The notes under the pieces are model-generated. The model was not told where the DNA came from. It searched no databases and saw only the letters and a list, made by a program, of their open reading frames with translations. A program made the translations under genes and the position numbers. A DNA stretch of 64,000 nucleotides from Catajapyx aquilonaris (taxonomy: Eukaryota). Every line of letters starts with the position of its first letter. Position 1 is the first letter of the stretch. The stretch spans positions 1 through 64,000 of the forward strand of contig JYFJ02001227.1 in the NCBI GenBank assembly GCA_000934665.2. The letters are read 5' to 3'. Of this stretch, positions 1-11,900 are shown in pieces.

Positions 1-59
1 AAAAAATTAGCAGCTTAGTGCAATATTTCCGATAATTGTTCGGACAAAAAAGTTGAGAC

Positions 60-425
60 CCTGATGTTGCTTCAGAGCAGCTGCAGTGGGAAGGGTCCCT
101 GGCTTGTTTTCGGTGGCGAAAAGATGTTTGCGTGCCGCATTCACATCCGAAACGCCAGTGTCTATGATGCCGTACATGTGCACTGTATATCTCACGAAAG
201 CATCGATTACAGCTTGATTCGGAGCAGATCCTGGTAACGATATTGACACAAATGCATCAGTAGTCTTATCATCCATCCACGCGTTCCACCATGCAGACTT
301 CTTCCCTCGGGAGTTGAAGAAAGATGTTGTATCGCAGCCACTAAACACGTGGAAGCACGGAGAGCATCACATTTCCTGTGTCCCAACATCGTAGCAATCG
401 AGTGGACGGCTACGTACCGCTTTTG
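60..425 (-). pseudogene. Frameshifted fragment of the Academ-type XPG-like nuclease domain
   Basis: The minus strand reads KRYVAVHSIATMLGHRKCDALR, then after a frameshift FHVFSGCDTTSFFNSRGKKSAW...DVNAARKHLFATENKPGTLPTAAALKQH (ORF track 207..626 and 7..348). Confidence 0.75.
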
Positions 426-426
426 T

Positions 427-638
427 TGGATACGTACTGGAGCTACATGGACGCCTGTGTGGTCCGATAAGGACGAGATCTGGCCAGTTTGTCGAGCCCT
501 CGATAGGTGCGGATGCGCCTCAAAATGCGACACAATGCGCTGCATTTGCATGAGGGAGTCATTCCCATAATGCCATGCACTCTCAATTGTAAGAAATGCA
601 AAGGAAAATGCAGAAACAAGAGGCAAGTCAAATCTTAG
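427..638 (+). pseudogene. Frameshifted C-terminal Cys-rich (CXC/Cys8-type zinc finger) fragment of the same transposon protein
   Basis: The plus strand reads WIRTGATWTPVW...CRALDRCGCASKCDTMRCICMR, then after a frameshift (from 570) MPCTLNCKKCKGKCRNKRQVKS* with TAG at 636-638. Confidence 0.7.
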
Positions 639-869
639 TGCATATCATGCACTTTTTGTGCCGACTTCTCAGATGCTAATATAATAGCAGTTATTTTTTC
701 AGTACAAGATATTCCGGGGTAGAAGAAAATTAGCTCTAAGCGGTGGCGACCAGAACACCAATTTCACCAAGGAAAAGAAAAGAAATATTAAGTTTATCTA
801 ACCTAAAATCAATAAAATTGACATCATGTAAAAAGTAACGGTACGTATCATTTCTGGCTGCAGTGATCG

Positions 870-1500
870 CAAGGAATGTGGTAAGGACACCAAGCACGTG
901 TACTATTCTCTTACGGATGCATATCCCCACCTTCAGTTGAAATCCAATATGGTGCTTGTCTGGTCCCAGAAAGCATGATTCGAGAGTTTTTGTGTCATTT
1001 TTTGTTTCAGTGACAGCAAATTATATGTAATCGACACCTCACAAGCCACACATCATATGCAAATACCTTTAGCCATTTCCAGGTATGATAATTTCAAAGT
1101 GGCGGCCATAGGTCACAAACTAGTGACCTTCGGACCTTCTGAATATGACCCATCGTCTTAGCGACCTCGAATTATGCTACAAGGATACCAAACACGTCTA
1201 CTATTCGCTTACGGGTGGATATCCCCACCAAAGGGTTTAAGTTGAAACCCAATATGGCGCCCCACAGGTCACCGGATGCATTATTCCGAATTTTTATTGT
1301 CGTTTTCGGTTTCAGTGACATCAAATTATATCTAAACGATACCTCACATGCCACCTTTTAGTCCAAATACCATTCGACATAGCCCAGTAGGGTGATTTCA
1401 AAATAGAGGTCATAGGTCACAAACTAGTGACCTTATGACCTCCTGCATGTTACCAAGCGACTTGTCGACCTCAAAATATGCGGAAATGACACCAACATTG
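870..1500. repeat. Diverged ~304-bp tandem subterminal repeat (about 2 units) in the Academ-like arm
   Basis: AAGGA(C/T)ACCAA..ACGT.TACTATTC.CTTACGG.TG.ATATCCCCAC occurs near 883 and 1181. ATAGGTCACAAACTAGTGACCTT occurs at 1108 and 1412. Confidence 0.8.
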
Positions 1501-4500
1501 CCATGGAGAGGCAATTTGGAATTTACAAAAAATAAATGACATTTTTTTCAAAAATGGCCGCCATTTGACCCCACAAGGTCAGGGGACAGGGTGCTGCGGG
1601 TCAAATTGATCGTCTTGGTCTATAGAACGTCTGTGCAAAGTGGCTTGCTTTCTGCAAGATTTTGCAGCATATGACCGTTTTTCCTGTTGTACCGCTTCCA
1701 CTATTAGGGAATTAGCTGCTTACAGCATACGTACATATGGATGGCTGCTACTCAAGTCTAATATTGCCACCCATTGATTATGCAGAGTTTCTGAGTAATT
1801 AATCTTTGAAAAAAAGGTCGATTAAATGATATTTTGCACTTTACTTCAGGCACATAAGCGATGTTTGCCTGTTTTAAAACACACATACATATGCATACAG
1901 GAACCCTCTGTGAGATGTTTTTTTTTTGAGAAATTGGTTCCGCTTGATACGCCATTTTATGCATAGAAGGTACTATTTTGGTGAAACACCTTGCACACGA
2001 TGACTGCCTATACAGCACTGTCCAATCTTCAGTTCAAAAGGAGGGTAGATGAAGACGCTACTGGTTTTCACTCCAACAACCATGGCTGGTTGTTGTGGTA
2101 AACTATCAATAACTTCTTCATCTACTCCTTCAAAAACTGGGATCATCTCATGGTCTATTCGATCATCTCTGGGCCAATTAATAAGGCGCCTTTTGTCATC
2201 TAATCAGTCACATGTCACCTGATTTTGACAGTGACACACACACTCACTACTCATGAAAAAAAAAACCTGGCTAAACTATTTTTCTATTTGGGATGGCCTC
2301 GTTTTCCAATTTCTTTCCCGCACTTCTCTGAGCCGAAAAGTTTTTCGTTTGAAGTTCGAAATGAGGAGGCCCCTTGGCACGTTAATTACCACTTCATCAA
2401 TAGCACTTTGCGTAGTTACGTGAAAAATTGAAGTTCCTCGTCAGCGCTGAACGAGTGATTATACGTAGAGTATAACATAAACTGGGGGAAAGAGAGAGGT
2501 GAAGAAGGAGGAGGTGGAGGAGGGGAACTGGCTCCCTGTAACAAGTAGTGAGATATTTCGTTAGCGTTCGCTTACATAGGTTCTCTCGGCAAATGCGTTC
2601 TAATTTAGCCATTAAAAGGGTAATCATGATATGTCGCTCATTAAAATTGATGCGCCTATATATACGATAGGCTCTGGGGAAACATGAAATAGTGACCCAG
2701 TTTTCATTTGGGGTTCATACATTTTGCGAACTTGGAAGAGTTGTCCTTTTCAGTGCTTACTGTAACAATAGTTATCACACATTTTCATCATCCGATCTAC
2801 AGTTGATGTACTGTTTAATCTATTTGATCGGCTGATGTTTTATCAGCTGGTCGAGCATGAAGAGATGATGATCTATCAATTTCCAGGTAAGTAAAGCCAT
2901 CGTACACTATTATTAATTGAATGATAAATATCCTCATACGGTGTTACGAAAGTATTAATTTATATCCTCAATTGTGGTATCAAGGGTTAAACGTTCGTAT
3001 AATTTCCTAAGACTCGTCATTAAACAGCAGTACACACTCTTGAGCTAATATTTAACATTTGGAAAATTACAGTATGTAATCTAATTGCAAAAATAACACC
3101 GTGATCTGCATTGGCTTTCATCGGCTAAAAAACAGCTGCATAATTTCTTTGGTCTAACTCCAAAGTAGACAACATAATTACGCTCTTCGCATCATACAAA
3201 ATGCAATGCAGAGTTTCTGGGGCTCCCTTTTTAAGCATTCCACTAAACCAGTTGTCCTGACAACTTATGAGGCTTTTCATGCAAGTGCGAACATCTGTTG
3301 GAATGCGCGAAAAATATTGCTCAATTAGAGCCGGGCCTTAAAGTGGCCTTAGTGTAACTAAGTTTCTGTATTTAAAATGTCTAAAAAAGGAACGACCTTG
3401 TGCAGGCTATAGGCATACTATGTATAGCCTACTGGACGTGCTGTACTGATGTGTATGTACGCATGCGGCAATGCAAATATATCGCTATTTGTTTGACTGC
3501 CTCATCAATAAATTTCAATGCAAATTGTTGTACAAATGACATCTGAGATTATTGATGATCTCTGGCTATGGTGCTCTAAAGGGCACTAGTGAATTATTCT
3601 ATTACTATATACACTGTACTGTACAGCTTGTGCACCAGATGGAGCATTCTGATTTGATCTGGGTGATAGTTGACTGGGTGAAAAATAAGCTAAGTGTCGG
3701 GGAAAAAGCTAATTCTGTGTAATGAATGCGATTCGGCTGGAATGGCTCATTTAAGTGAGGAAAATTCAAGGAAGCTTACGTAAAGTTTTTGTATACTATT
3801 GTAGTTTTCATTATTCTTTAAAAAAACAGCGTCGCTTGAAGTATATCGGAGGCAGGACTGTTGTTAAGATGGAAATCAGCAATCTTGCGCAAGTTCTTCT
3901 TATGGATTAAGAAAGACTTTTTACAAATTCTTGATTCTAATACTAGTAGGCCTAGGAGGTGATAAATTATCTAAAATCAGGAATATGTTGAACGACTTGC
4001 TTAAGCTTTAATACCAATTGCATAGCACATAATCAGTAATAACTGATGGAATATATAAAATCATATTATTATCGTTGTAAATGTCAAAACCCGCAAAGGG
4101 CGGGTTTCATTTTTATGCAAAATACCGTATGACAAGACAATATTATCCTGTTCGAGATATATCCTTCAATATAATTATGCATTCGGACCCTTATCATATA
4201 ATTATGCAAAAATTGCCCCTCATACATAATATATACACCTGACAGCTAAACAATACGACGGACGGGTACATACTCTAAGATCCAACCGGAAAGTCTGAGC
4301 CTACGGTGTTACCACGAGTTTTGTAACTGACGGTCTTGAGATGGATCGTAAATGCGGTGTGCAGTGGTCTTAAACCTAGGCTGCAGCCTTCGTTCCGAAT
4401 TCCAACTTCTCCCGCCTTAGGGTACCCAAAAACCGATAACTTGTATTCACAGGAATAAGATTTATTCACAACATAGGGTCACAATAATAATTTTTATCCC

Positions 4501-7242
4501 TTACATCCCAAATTTCTTGTAACCGTCTCATTGCAGTAACTTGCTATTCTCATTAATATAGGCCCGCTACACTGTCAACACAACACAATTACAAGCTCTA
4601 TAAACATCTCAGCTTAATACACTATACAGTACATTACAGTACACAGCACTATAGTTAAACCTATTCCATAATTTGCAACAAAATTGTCAGTTCAGTAAGA
4701 AGTTACAGCCAAATTGCTTCTATCAGTTCAAAGAAAAACGTCAGAGGATTTGCATCCACATTTAACGTACTCTAACATTATCTCCCTGATAAAACTCTGA
4801 ATGCCGATCAGGCCAGACGCCACATGAGAACACACTGGCCCCATTCAGCTCTTTTCGCTACTTTTCTGAGGGAAGAAACTGATAGAAATATGAATGATGA
4901 AGTACCATTCAAAGCTGACTAATATTCCATCAGTGGAAATGTATAAAGGGAAATGGAAAATGGCGGAGCTCAAAATGTAATGTTACGCTTGTGAAGAGCT
5001 GAAACCTTTGTTTTTGACAACTTGGATGTTGTTTGGTTCAAGTGAAATCGTTCGGAAAGTGCAGAAGAATTATTTTGAATGTCGTATGGAAAAAAAGTAC
5101 TCCGGGTGACTGTGGGTGTACAATCGATATAGGAAATACAGTACGCTATAATGGCAGGCCACTATTGGACAAAACCTGGCCTGTGGCATGCTGATCGATT
5201 CGAAGAAAATTATTTCGTAATTCAATTCAACATTAAGTTCTTTTGTAATAGATTAAGATAATTATGTGTGACTGGATAGCTAACAATAGTATCGTTTAAA
5301 AATCCAATTAAATTTAGCAATGTTTGGTTGATAAAAATAGTAGGTCACTTGGTCTCGTTTTTTTCAGAGCCAAATGATGCGGTTCATGAATGCCATTAAC
5401 TTGTTACAGGCTTGCAAAGTGTCCAATATGAACTAGCAAGGGTTAAAGCAAACAACAATTACCGCCAAGTACCTACAACTTTCTTCGAGTTTCTGGCGGA
5501 GTGATGAGGTGGAGAGGAGGAAGAGGGATGTTCCAGCTTGATCCCCTTCGCATGATTACATTTCGTCTGATATGGTCACCAGAAGATTACAAGGAGACCC
5601 GAGAATAGTGTGCTCTCGTTTGAGTATTCTCACGGCCCTGGAAATTGCATTTTCCTTCCTCTAAATGAATCTCCCCATGTAAAAAACACATGTTAAATAC
5701 ATCAATTTTTTAAAGATGGTTATATCCAGCAAAAAATTGGAATGGGATGACATTCAGGTGCCCATGCTGATGGAGGTTTTCCACCGGAGCATCTAGTATG
5801 CTTTTCAGATTGACACCTACCCACAACTAATATTGACACTACAGAGTAAGTTTGCCTAACACATTTTTTAAAAAAAGTACCAACTCCATGCCTTGACTCT
5901 CTCACATCAACATCCAAAACAGTCCCCGAGTTTTGGACCTTATCGATCAAAAAGCATCCTTTCGCTGTCAGACAAAGACATTTTCGTCGTATTGTCATGA
6001 AATGGTACTGTTGGATTTAATTAGGACCATCATTAGTGGCTGCACAGGATTATTCCTAGCGCATATTTCAGATGTGGGTTGTCGAGCCTTTTCATCTCAG
6101 GAGATATGACCACGGTTTGTTAAACACCAGAATGCATGCATATGCACGTTTGTTGTACTGTACTTCTTCCTTTTGTTGCTGACAATGTTAATATGCAAGG
6201 CTTGGTCTCTACGGAGTGAAAATTGCAGGCCCTGCTTGTGGGGTGGTGGGGTCTGGAGGGGAGTTCCAACCGTGAGTTTGTGAGGGACGAGAACTACTAC
6301 CTTTCACTGAACTTCAAACCGAAAAGTAGGGTTATAATTGGATGTTCCCATCGATTGATTGGCGAGGTTGATGGGAGCTACCAACCGACGCCCTGGCCTA
6401 TTGATTGACATATCTACACATCGATTGTAATGGAAGCCCCCTGAGAAAATTTATGCAGTCGATATATCAAGATGCTTCTTTTAACAATTTCTTTCCTAAT
6501 TAATCCACAAGCATTTTTATGTCTCAGACACGTTTGCACTCGAGTAAATTTAGAATAGACAAGCCCCCACAATTCCCCGGCGAGGAGTTACGCTTGAATT
6601 AGTGTCTGACTCTACCTCTCGAATGTTAGTCACGCGACGTCTGCTCCATTTTGGGAGGATCTTGGAAAAAATCGAGACCACCGGCGCTTCGATTTCTGGC
6701 ACAAAACTGAATCGCCTGACTTGAGAAAATCCATCGCAAGACAGAAAAGGAAAAGACGAAAGGAGAAGGGGGAAAAAAAGAGATTGCGGCGTGCCAGCTA
6801 CTGCGTGGGGGGTAACAGCTTGCCCCTGCTGATTATGCACTAGGTTAAACAAAAACTAACGGACACTGGTGGTTCGTTGCTCACAGTGCTGGGACTGTAT
6901 AGGCTTGTAAACGTGAACAGATTGCCTGCCGATGGTGTTTTTTTTGTAATGATTTTTGATGCATTTGTGTTTCCATACAGTGCAGTCAATTTAGAAGACG
7001 TGAGAGCATTAAAAATCGACCGTATCCTTAAGAAGTGGAGATAAAATTGCGTAAAGAGTATTTTATCGTACAGGTATAAAACTGTTGATTATGATTCTTA
7101 CCAGAAAGAAACTGTCTTTTTGCATGTCGATTCTTAACAAATGTTTGTCCCACCTTAAAGCAGATGGACTACTTACTATGAGAAATTATTATGTACACTA
7201 TCGTCTCATGCACTTGTCGAAATGTGTCTCCAAATAGTCCTA

Positions 7243-7419
7243 CTGTCGGCCAAAGTATTATTGTGGACACTCATTCTTTCGTAAATCCTCTGAGTGCCAC
7301 TACCTGCTGCACTTTCTTCACTTCTCAACGTCAGGCATGTGTCGCAGGTATAGTGACACTCCCAGGATGTATACTTAAGAACCAGTGTCCACAATGATAT
7401 ACTGTGATTTGACCGATAG
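7243..7419. mobile_element. Short Tc1/mariner-type MITE (~177 bp)
   Basis: Left end TA|CTGTCGGCCAAAGTATTATTGTGGACACT matches the reverse complement of the right end AGTGTCCACAATGATATACTGTGATTTGACCGATAG|TA. TA is present on both sides. Confidence 0.6.
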
Positions 7420-8292
7420 TAGGGGGACACTTTTCCATGTTCACATCGTCACATGACCCACAGTAATTACATCTGCAGTTTGATTATATATTTTTTTTTG
7501 AATCTTCAGAATTTTTCTTTCAAGGAGCGAATGCAATTTTGAAATTCTCCTTTACTGTCATTTTTGGCAATGAAAAGTTCCAACAGAGTCACAAAATTAC
7601 AGTAATGGGCCACTTTTCACAGTTATGGGCCACCTTTGGGACAGTGGTGGGACACCTAATTGTAGTGTAGTGATTCTATTGTTGTTTGCCGCACTTTCGT
7701 GGTGCAGGGTGTTTCCCAAAACTGTTTCCTACTGTCTCAGCAGTTTTTCAAGTTTTAATGATCATCTCCATCGTCTTTGTCGTCATTTGCGTGAAAGATG
7801 CATTTACTCCGGAATTACCGAACCTGCCTGCCAAGCAAAGAATTTCGTCAGTTAAGAACAGATGACTTTCTCACCTGAAATTCCTTCTAGTATAGTATCA
7901 TCAAAAGTTGCATAGTTGCTTACCTGCATTAAGCCTACAACAATTCCATACCAAGAAGCATTTCAAAAAGCAATTTTTAAAATTTACCTCGAAGTACAGG
8001 TATGGGCAGGGTATGCCAATTACTTGTAAAAGTGATGGTTTTGATCCACGCAGTTGTGGGACACCCCCTTCTACTCATGCTATCTACACTGACTCATCAT
8101 TATCTACAAAATATGAAACTATGGAGTCTACCCTAGCCATGAAAATTGACATCGGCAACCTGGAGTGACGAGAACCCTTGTAACTTATCACTAGCTGCAG
8201 TGATACTCCTTACCGCGCCCGATGTAAGTGACCCAGAGACACGAGGCTCTGGCGACCTTGATGAAAGTCCAACCGGGATAAAATATTATATA

Positions 8293-8966
8293 CAGTAAAA
8301 CCCCTGTTGTTGGACACCCCTATATGGTGGACACCCCTGTATGTTGGACATTTTTGGTGAAACCGTGGAAAAGCCTATCCATTTGTATGGGCAAATTAGC
8401 TCTTAAGTTGGACACCCCTCTATCCTGGAAGTTGGACGCTTTTTGTCACCTAAGTTGGACACACAGTGAATGGGATCAAAAATCTCCATCCAGCCTGCTG
8501 ATTTTTGTGACGGTTGTGACGATGTGCCGCTATCCCACAAGGATGCTTTAGAGGGCATTAAGCAATTTGAGCCAAATTGGAGCGATATGCCTTGGCCTCT
8601 CACTAAAAAGTGATGGACACCATTTATTCAGCCTGAAAACTCATCGAAACTGAACTCATGGTGTCTACGGTGGCCAAACTGAAACAGTCCAGGCTGACTG
8701 ATTTCTTTTGTAAAAAGTGAGGGTCCATATCGCAGAATCATGTAACGCTGTACTGTACTGTACTTTAGTCCCATATGTTCTCTACGGATAATACTGTACA
8801 TATATGTACTGTACACTACGTACTGTAAAAAAATTTATGAAGGTGTTTTCATCATGGGCATGCATGACCGTACCCTGTACAGTACCTATCTCTCTAAGTT
8901 GGACACTCCTCTATGTTGGACATTTTTTGTGGAACCGTGAGTGTCCAACTTAGAGGGGTTTTACTG
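8293..8966. mobile_element. pogo/Tigger-type MITE (~674 bp)
   Basis: TIR CAGTAAAACCCC...GGGGTTTTACTG with TA target duplication (8291-8292, 8967-8968). Many subterminal GTTGGACA(C) motifs, no coding capacity. Confidence 0.9.
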
Positions 8967-11900
8967 TACAACCTTCGTCCAACCATGCCGGGCAGCCACC
9001 CATATTAAAAATGATCACTACTTTCACTACACACATTAATATGAATAAGATTACTATAAGTGGTTCATTACTGTATAGTGTTCCATTAACTGTAACTTAT
9101 GGTTTACCTCAACCTGAAACAGAAATTGAACTCTCAACCCTCGCAAACTGTTCGCTCCCATTCAGAGTCGCGTTTATTCAATCACGTGTAACGTCATTTA
9201 CCATAAATTCAATAAGCTGTAATTGCTAAACAGAAGAGGCGTGGAAAAATTATTTGTAGATTGTCCCGCTTCTGATCAGGCTGTTACAGTACACATTTAC
9301 AAAAAAAAGGGTAATAAAAATGTGACCCAAAAGATACTGCTCATGTTTTGAAATAGTATCCATGTCGTTGTCAAATTACCAAGAATAAATGCTGAATATT
9401 AATCACATTAAAGAACTGCGAAAATGTGCATTTTTCTGGCTGTTAAATTACCGCATTGAGTTCCGGGATTAATACCCTCAGAAGTGATTAAATCATAGCA
9501 CGACAATATTCAACGCGGTGCTTTAAGCTTGTCAAATGTTTGTCAGAGTTTTACCCATCAAACTGATGTGATATACATGCCTCATCTCTCCCTCTCAGCA
9601 ACGCTACGGCATTATTCAGCACTAATAAAACAGGACTACATTAATTTTTCTACCTGTACAAATCACAAGCTCAGTGAATAACTGGCTAGAAATCGATCTA
9701 ACAACCCTTATCACGATTAACTGTCTTCTCAGTTCTACAAGGTGGCATAAAATCGTTAGCTTCTAACATCTTAAAAATTCCAAATGTACGGTACGTTATG
9801 TTAACCCTTGGCCAACTTTGTTTATACATATATTATATACGCACAATTTCACGCACAATCTGAACTTTAATTTATCGTAGCATCTTCTTTTTTTTTGGGG
9901 GGGGGGGTTAAATTATGAGTTCGACAGTAATTAGGATAAGATGGCCAAGCGGGTGAGACGCCAGTGACAAAATCTCAGCGTGCTGGAATAAGAATTAGTG
10001 TGATTGACACGCGCACTCCAGTGTCATAATCTAGCAAATCCACCAGGGTTTTAGCAAGATGCATGACACTTCGAAGAAAATGTTTTTGTTTCCTATAGCA
10101 CGACTTCCTTTCCACGAAGATAAGCCCTGAACTCTGGCATTACCACAAAACTGCCTTCCCTATTTGGGGCGCGTAATGTGAAACACACTCCTAAAATTTC
10201 TAATTAAGTCATTAAGAAACACTAGCTTTCAAGACTTTTTAACGTCTTGCATAAGCATTACATTAGTGCTGGAGAAAAGGGGAAAAAACTGACATTTTGA
10301 TGCGTCAGCACTGGAATTCTCTAGTATATTTGGCGGAGCATCAGTCAGGAAGTTTTGAAAAAGAAATATTGATTTGACGAGGTCTTAAAAAGTATAATTA
10401 CTGGTTCCAGGTCGCATGTCAAAAGCCCACTTAAGGCCTTTATTATGGCGTTATTGTTAATAATGGGCGTGGTTGAAAACAGTGGCCCAATTTTTTGTGT
10501 CCGGCATGTTTATACACGCTCAACAAGCTTTATATAAAAAAACATGCGTGAAATTGGGGGAATCCGGGTGTAACTAATCTACGAGTTTGGTGGCTGAGCT
10601 GGGAATATACCCTAAAGACAGTAATAGCTATTAAACACTGTCATTTTGACCCCCACTTCTACATTGGAAGGTGGATTCCACCAATCCAATTAGTAAGTAA
10701 TGCAAGGCACTTGGAATTTTTTTGACCTCATAAAACCAATTTTAAGGCTGGGGAGATCGTTCCGTTCCGGTCCTGCCAGCCAGTGTAAAGACCTTTTCTG
10801 ACCTTTTGCATGGGGTGGTTAAGGAAGGGGTGGGGTGATGGGGTAAGGGACTATATAGTAGGGGACCCTCCGGAGATCGAAACCAAGAGTAGTTCTCACT
10901 AAAGTACACCCATGAAGGCTCGGCCGTAATTACTCAGAGCCGTTCACACATGACGTCATCAGATTGTTGTTAAGAAAGGGGAACGACCCTAGAATTACAT
11001 CACCGAATGGATTTCTCCCCGTGTGACCTTTTTGAAGTTATGGCCATTTTTAGGTGTAATATACGTCCGTACTGGAGAGCTTATTTGAAGGCGAAAATTT
11101 ACATATACTATCAGGTCCATAAAGTTCAGGACACTTGGGCGTTCACAGGTACTTTTTTTGGATTATGGGCGGAGATGTCTATATAGAGAGTTATGGCAAT
11201 CCTATACACATATATTTGTCTTCCTTACTTTATTTCCTCCACCCACAATTAACCGAATACTGCGTTGTTCCCATTCATTGCTCTTTTCTTTCATTGCCAT
11301 TCAAAAGGGTACTCATGTTAGAGGGAAACCAGAGGTAGTGCGCATAATGATGATATATTTCTCTGAGTGGTCTGTCTTCCAGTAATGAAGGAACTCTCTA
11401 TTCCGATAGCACCATTAAGGCTAAATGATATTTTTGATATAGGGTGTAGTTCAGGAATAAATATTAAATCTCTGGTAGGTGCCAGGGCATATAAGTCGAT
11501 CCCACGTTATCGGAGAGATGAGAGGTGGGGAAAAAAATATTTGTTTTCTAGCCTACTATCGAAATTGGAAGCCCTCATCTTGCTCCAGCTTAACCTCTAA
11601 AAATAGCTTAGTAGAGACCCTTCAACAGCTGCCTAAATTCACAATTCCTAAGGTACCCATACTTTATAAGGCTTAAATGTACTCGAGTAGGTCTATACTG
11701 TATATTTTTAGAATATCTCTGAAAAATCTTTTTCATTTCTCTTTTACTGTCAACCTACACGCTGGTATTATGATTACCTCAAGTTTCGTAATCCAAGAAG
11801 AGATGGTGAATGTCGTGTGAAATGTTCAATGCTCTTATGATGATATCACCAAAAATAGGTCTCATAAACTCTCTCACACAGGATTTTTTGGTTTTTTATT

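Larger units (their letters stand above)
1..1703 (+). mobile_element. Right-hand part of a decayed Academ (AcademX-like) DNA transposon, truncated by the window start
   Basis: Contains remnants of an XPG/H3TH-like nuclease (FHVFSGCDTTSFF..GKK.AW; DVNAARKHLF; LPTAAALKQH) and a Cys-rich C-terminal finger. A ~1.1-kb non-coding arm with ~300-bp internal repeats follows and ends in ...ACCGCTTCCACTA at 1703 (reverse complement TAGTGGAAGCGGT; TAG termini are typical of Academ). Confidence 0.7.

Noticed and set aside
4087..4115. Hairpin AAACCCGC-AAAGG-GCGGGTTT followed by a T-rich run, resembling a bacterial terminator
   Set aside because: The context is eukaryotic and no gene lies upstream; it may be a repeat-derived hairpin.
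7600..8070. CAGT(A/T)ATGGGCCAC duplication and GGGACA motifs suggesting a DNA-transposon end
   Set aside because: No convincing partner TIR or TSD.
8255..8285. TTGATGAAAGTCCAACCGGGATAAAA, loosely resembling a minimal hammerhead ribozyme core
   Set aside because: The CUGANGA and GAAA core is not intact and no flanking stems were found. Other CTGATGA or GAAAC hits (e.g. near 38040, 40322, 49988) also lacked the full architecture.
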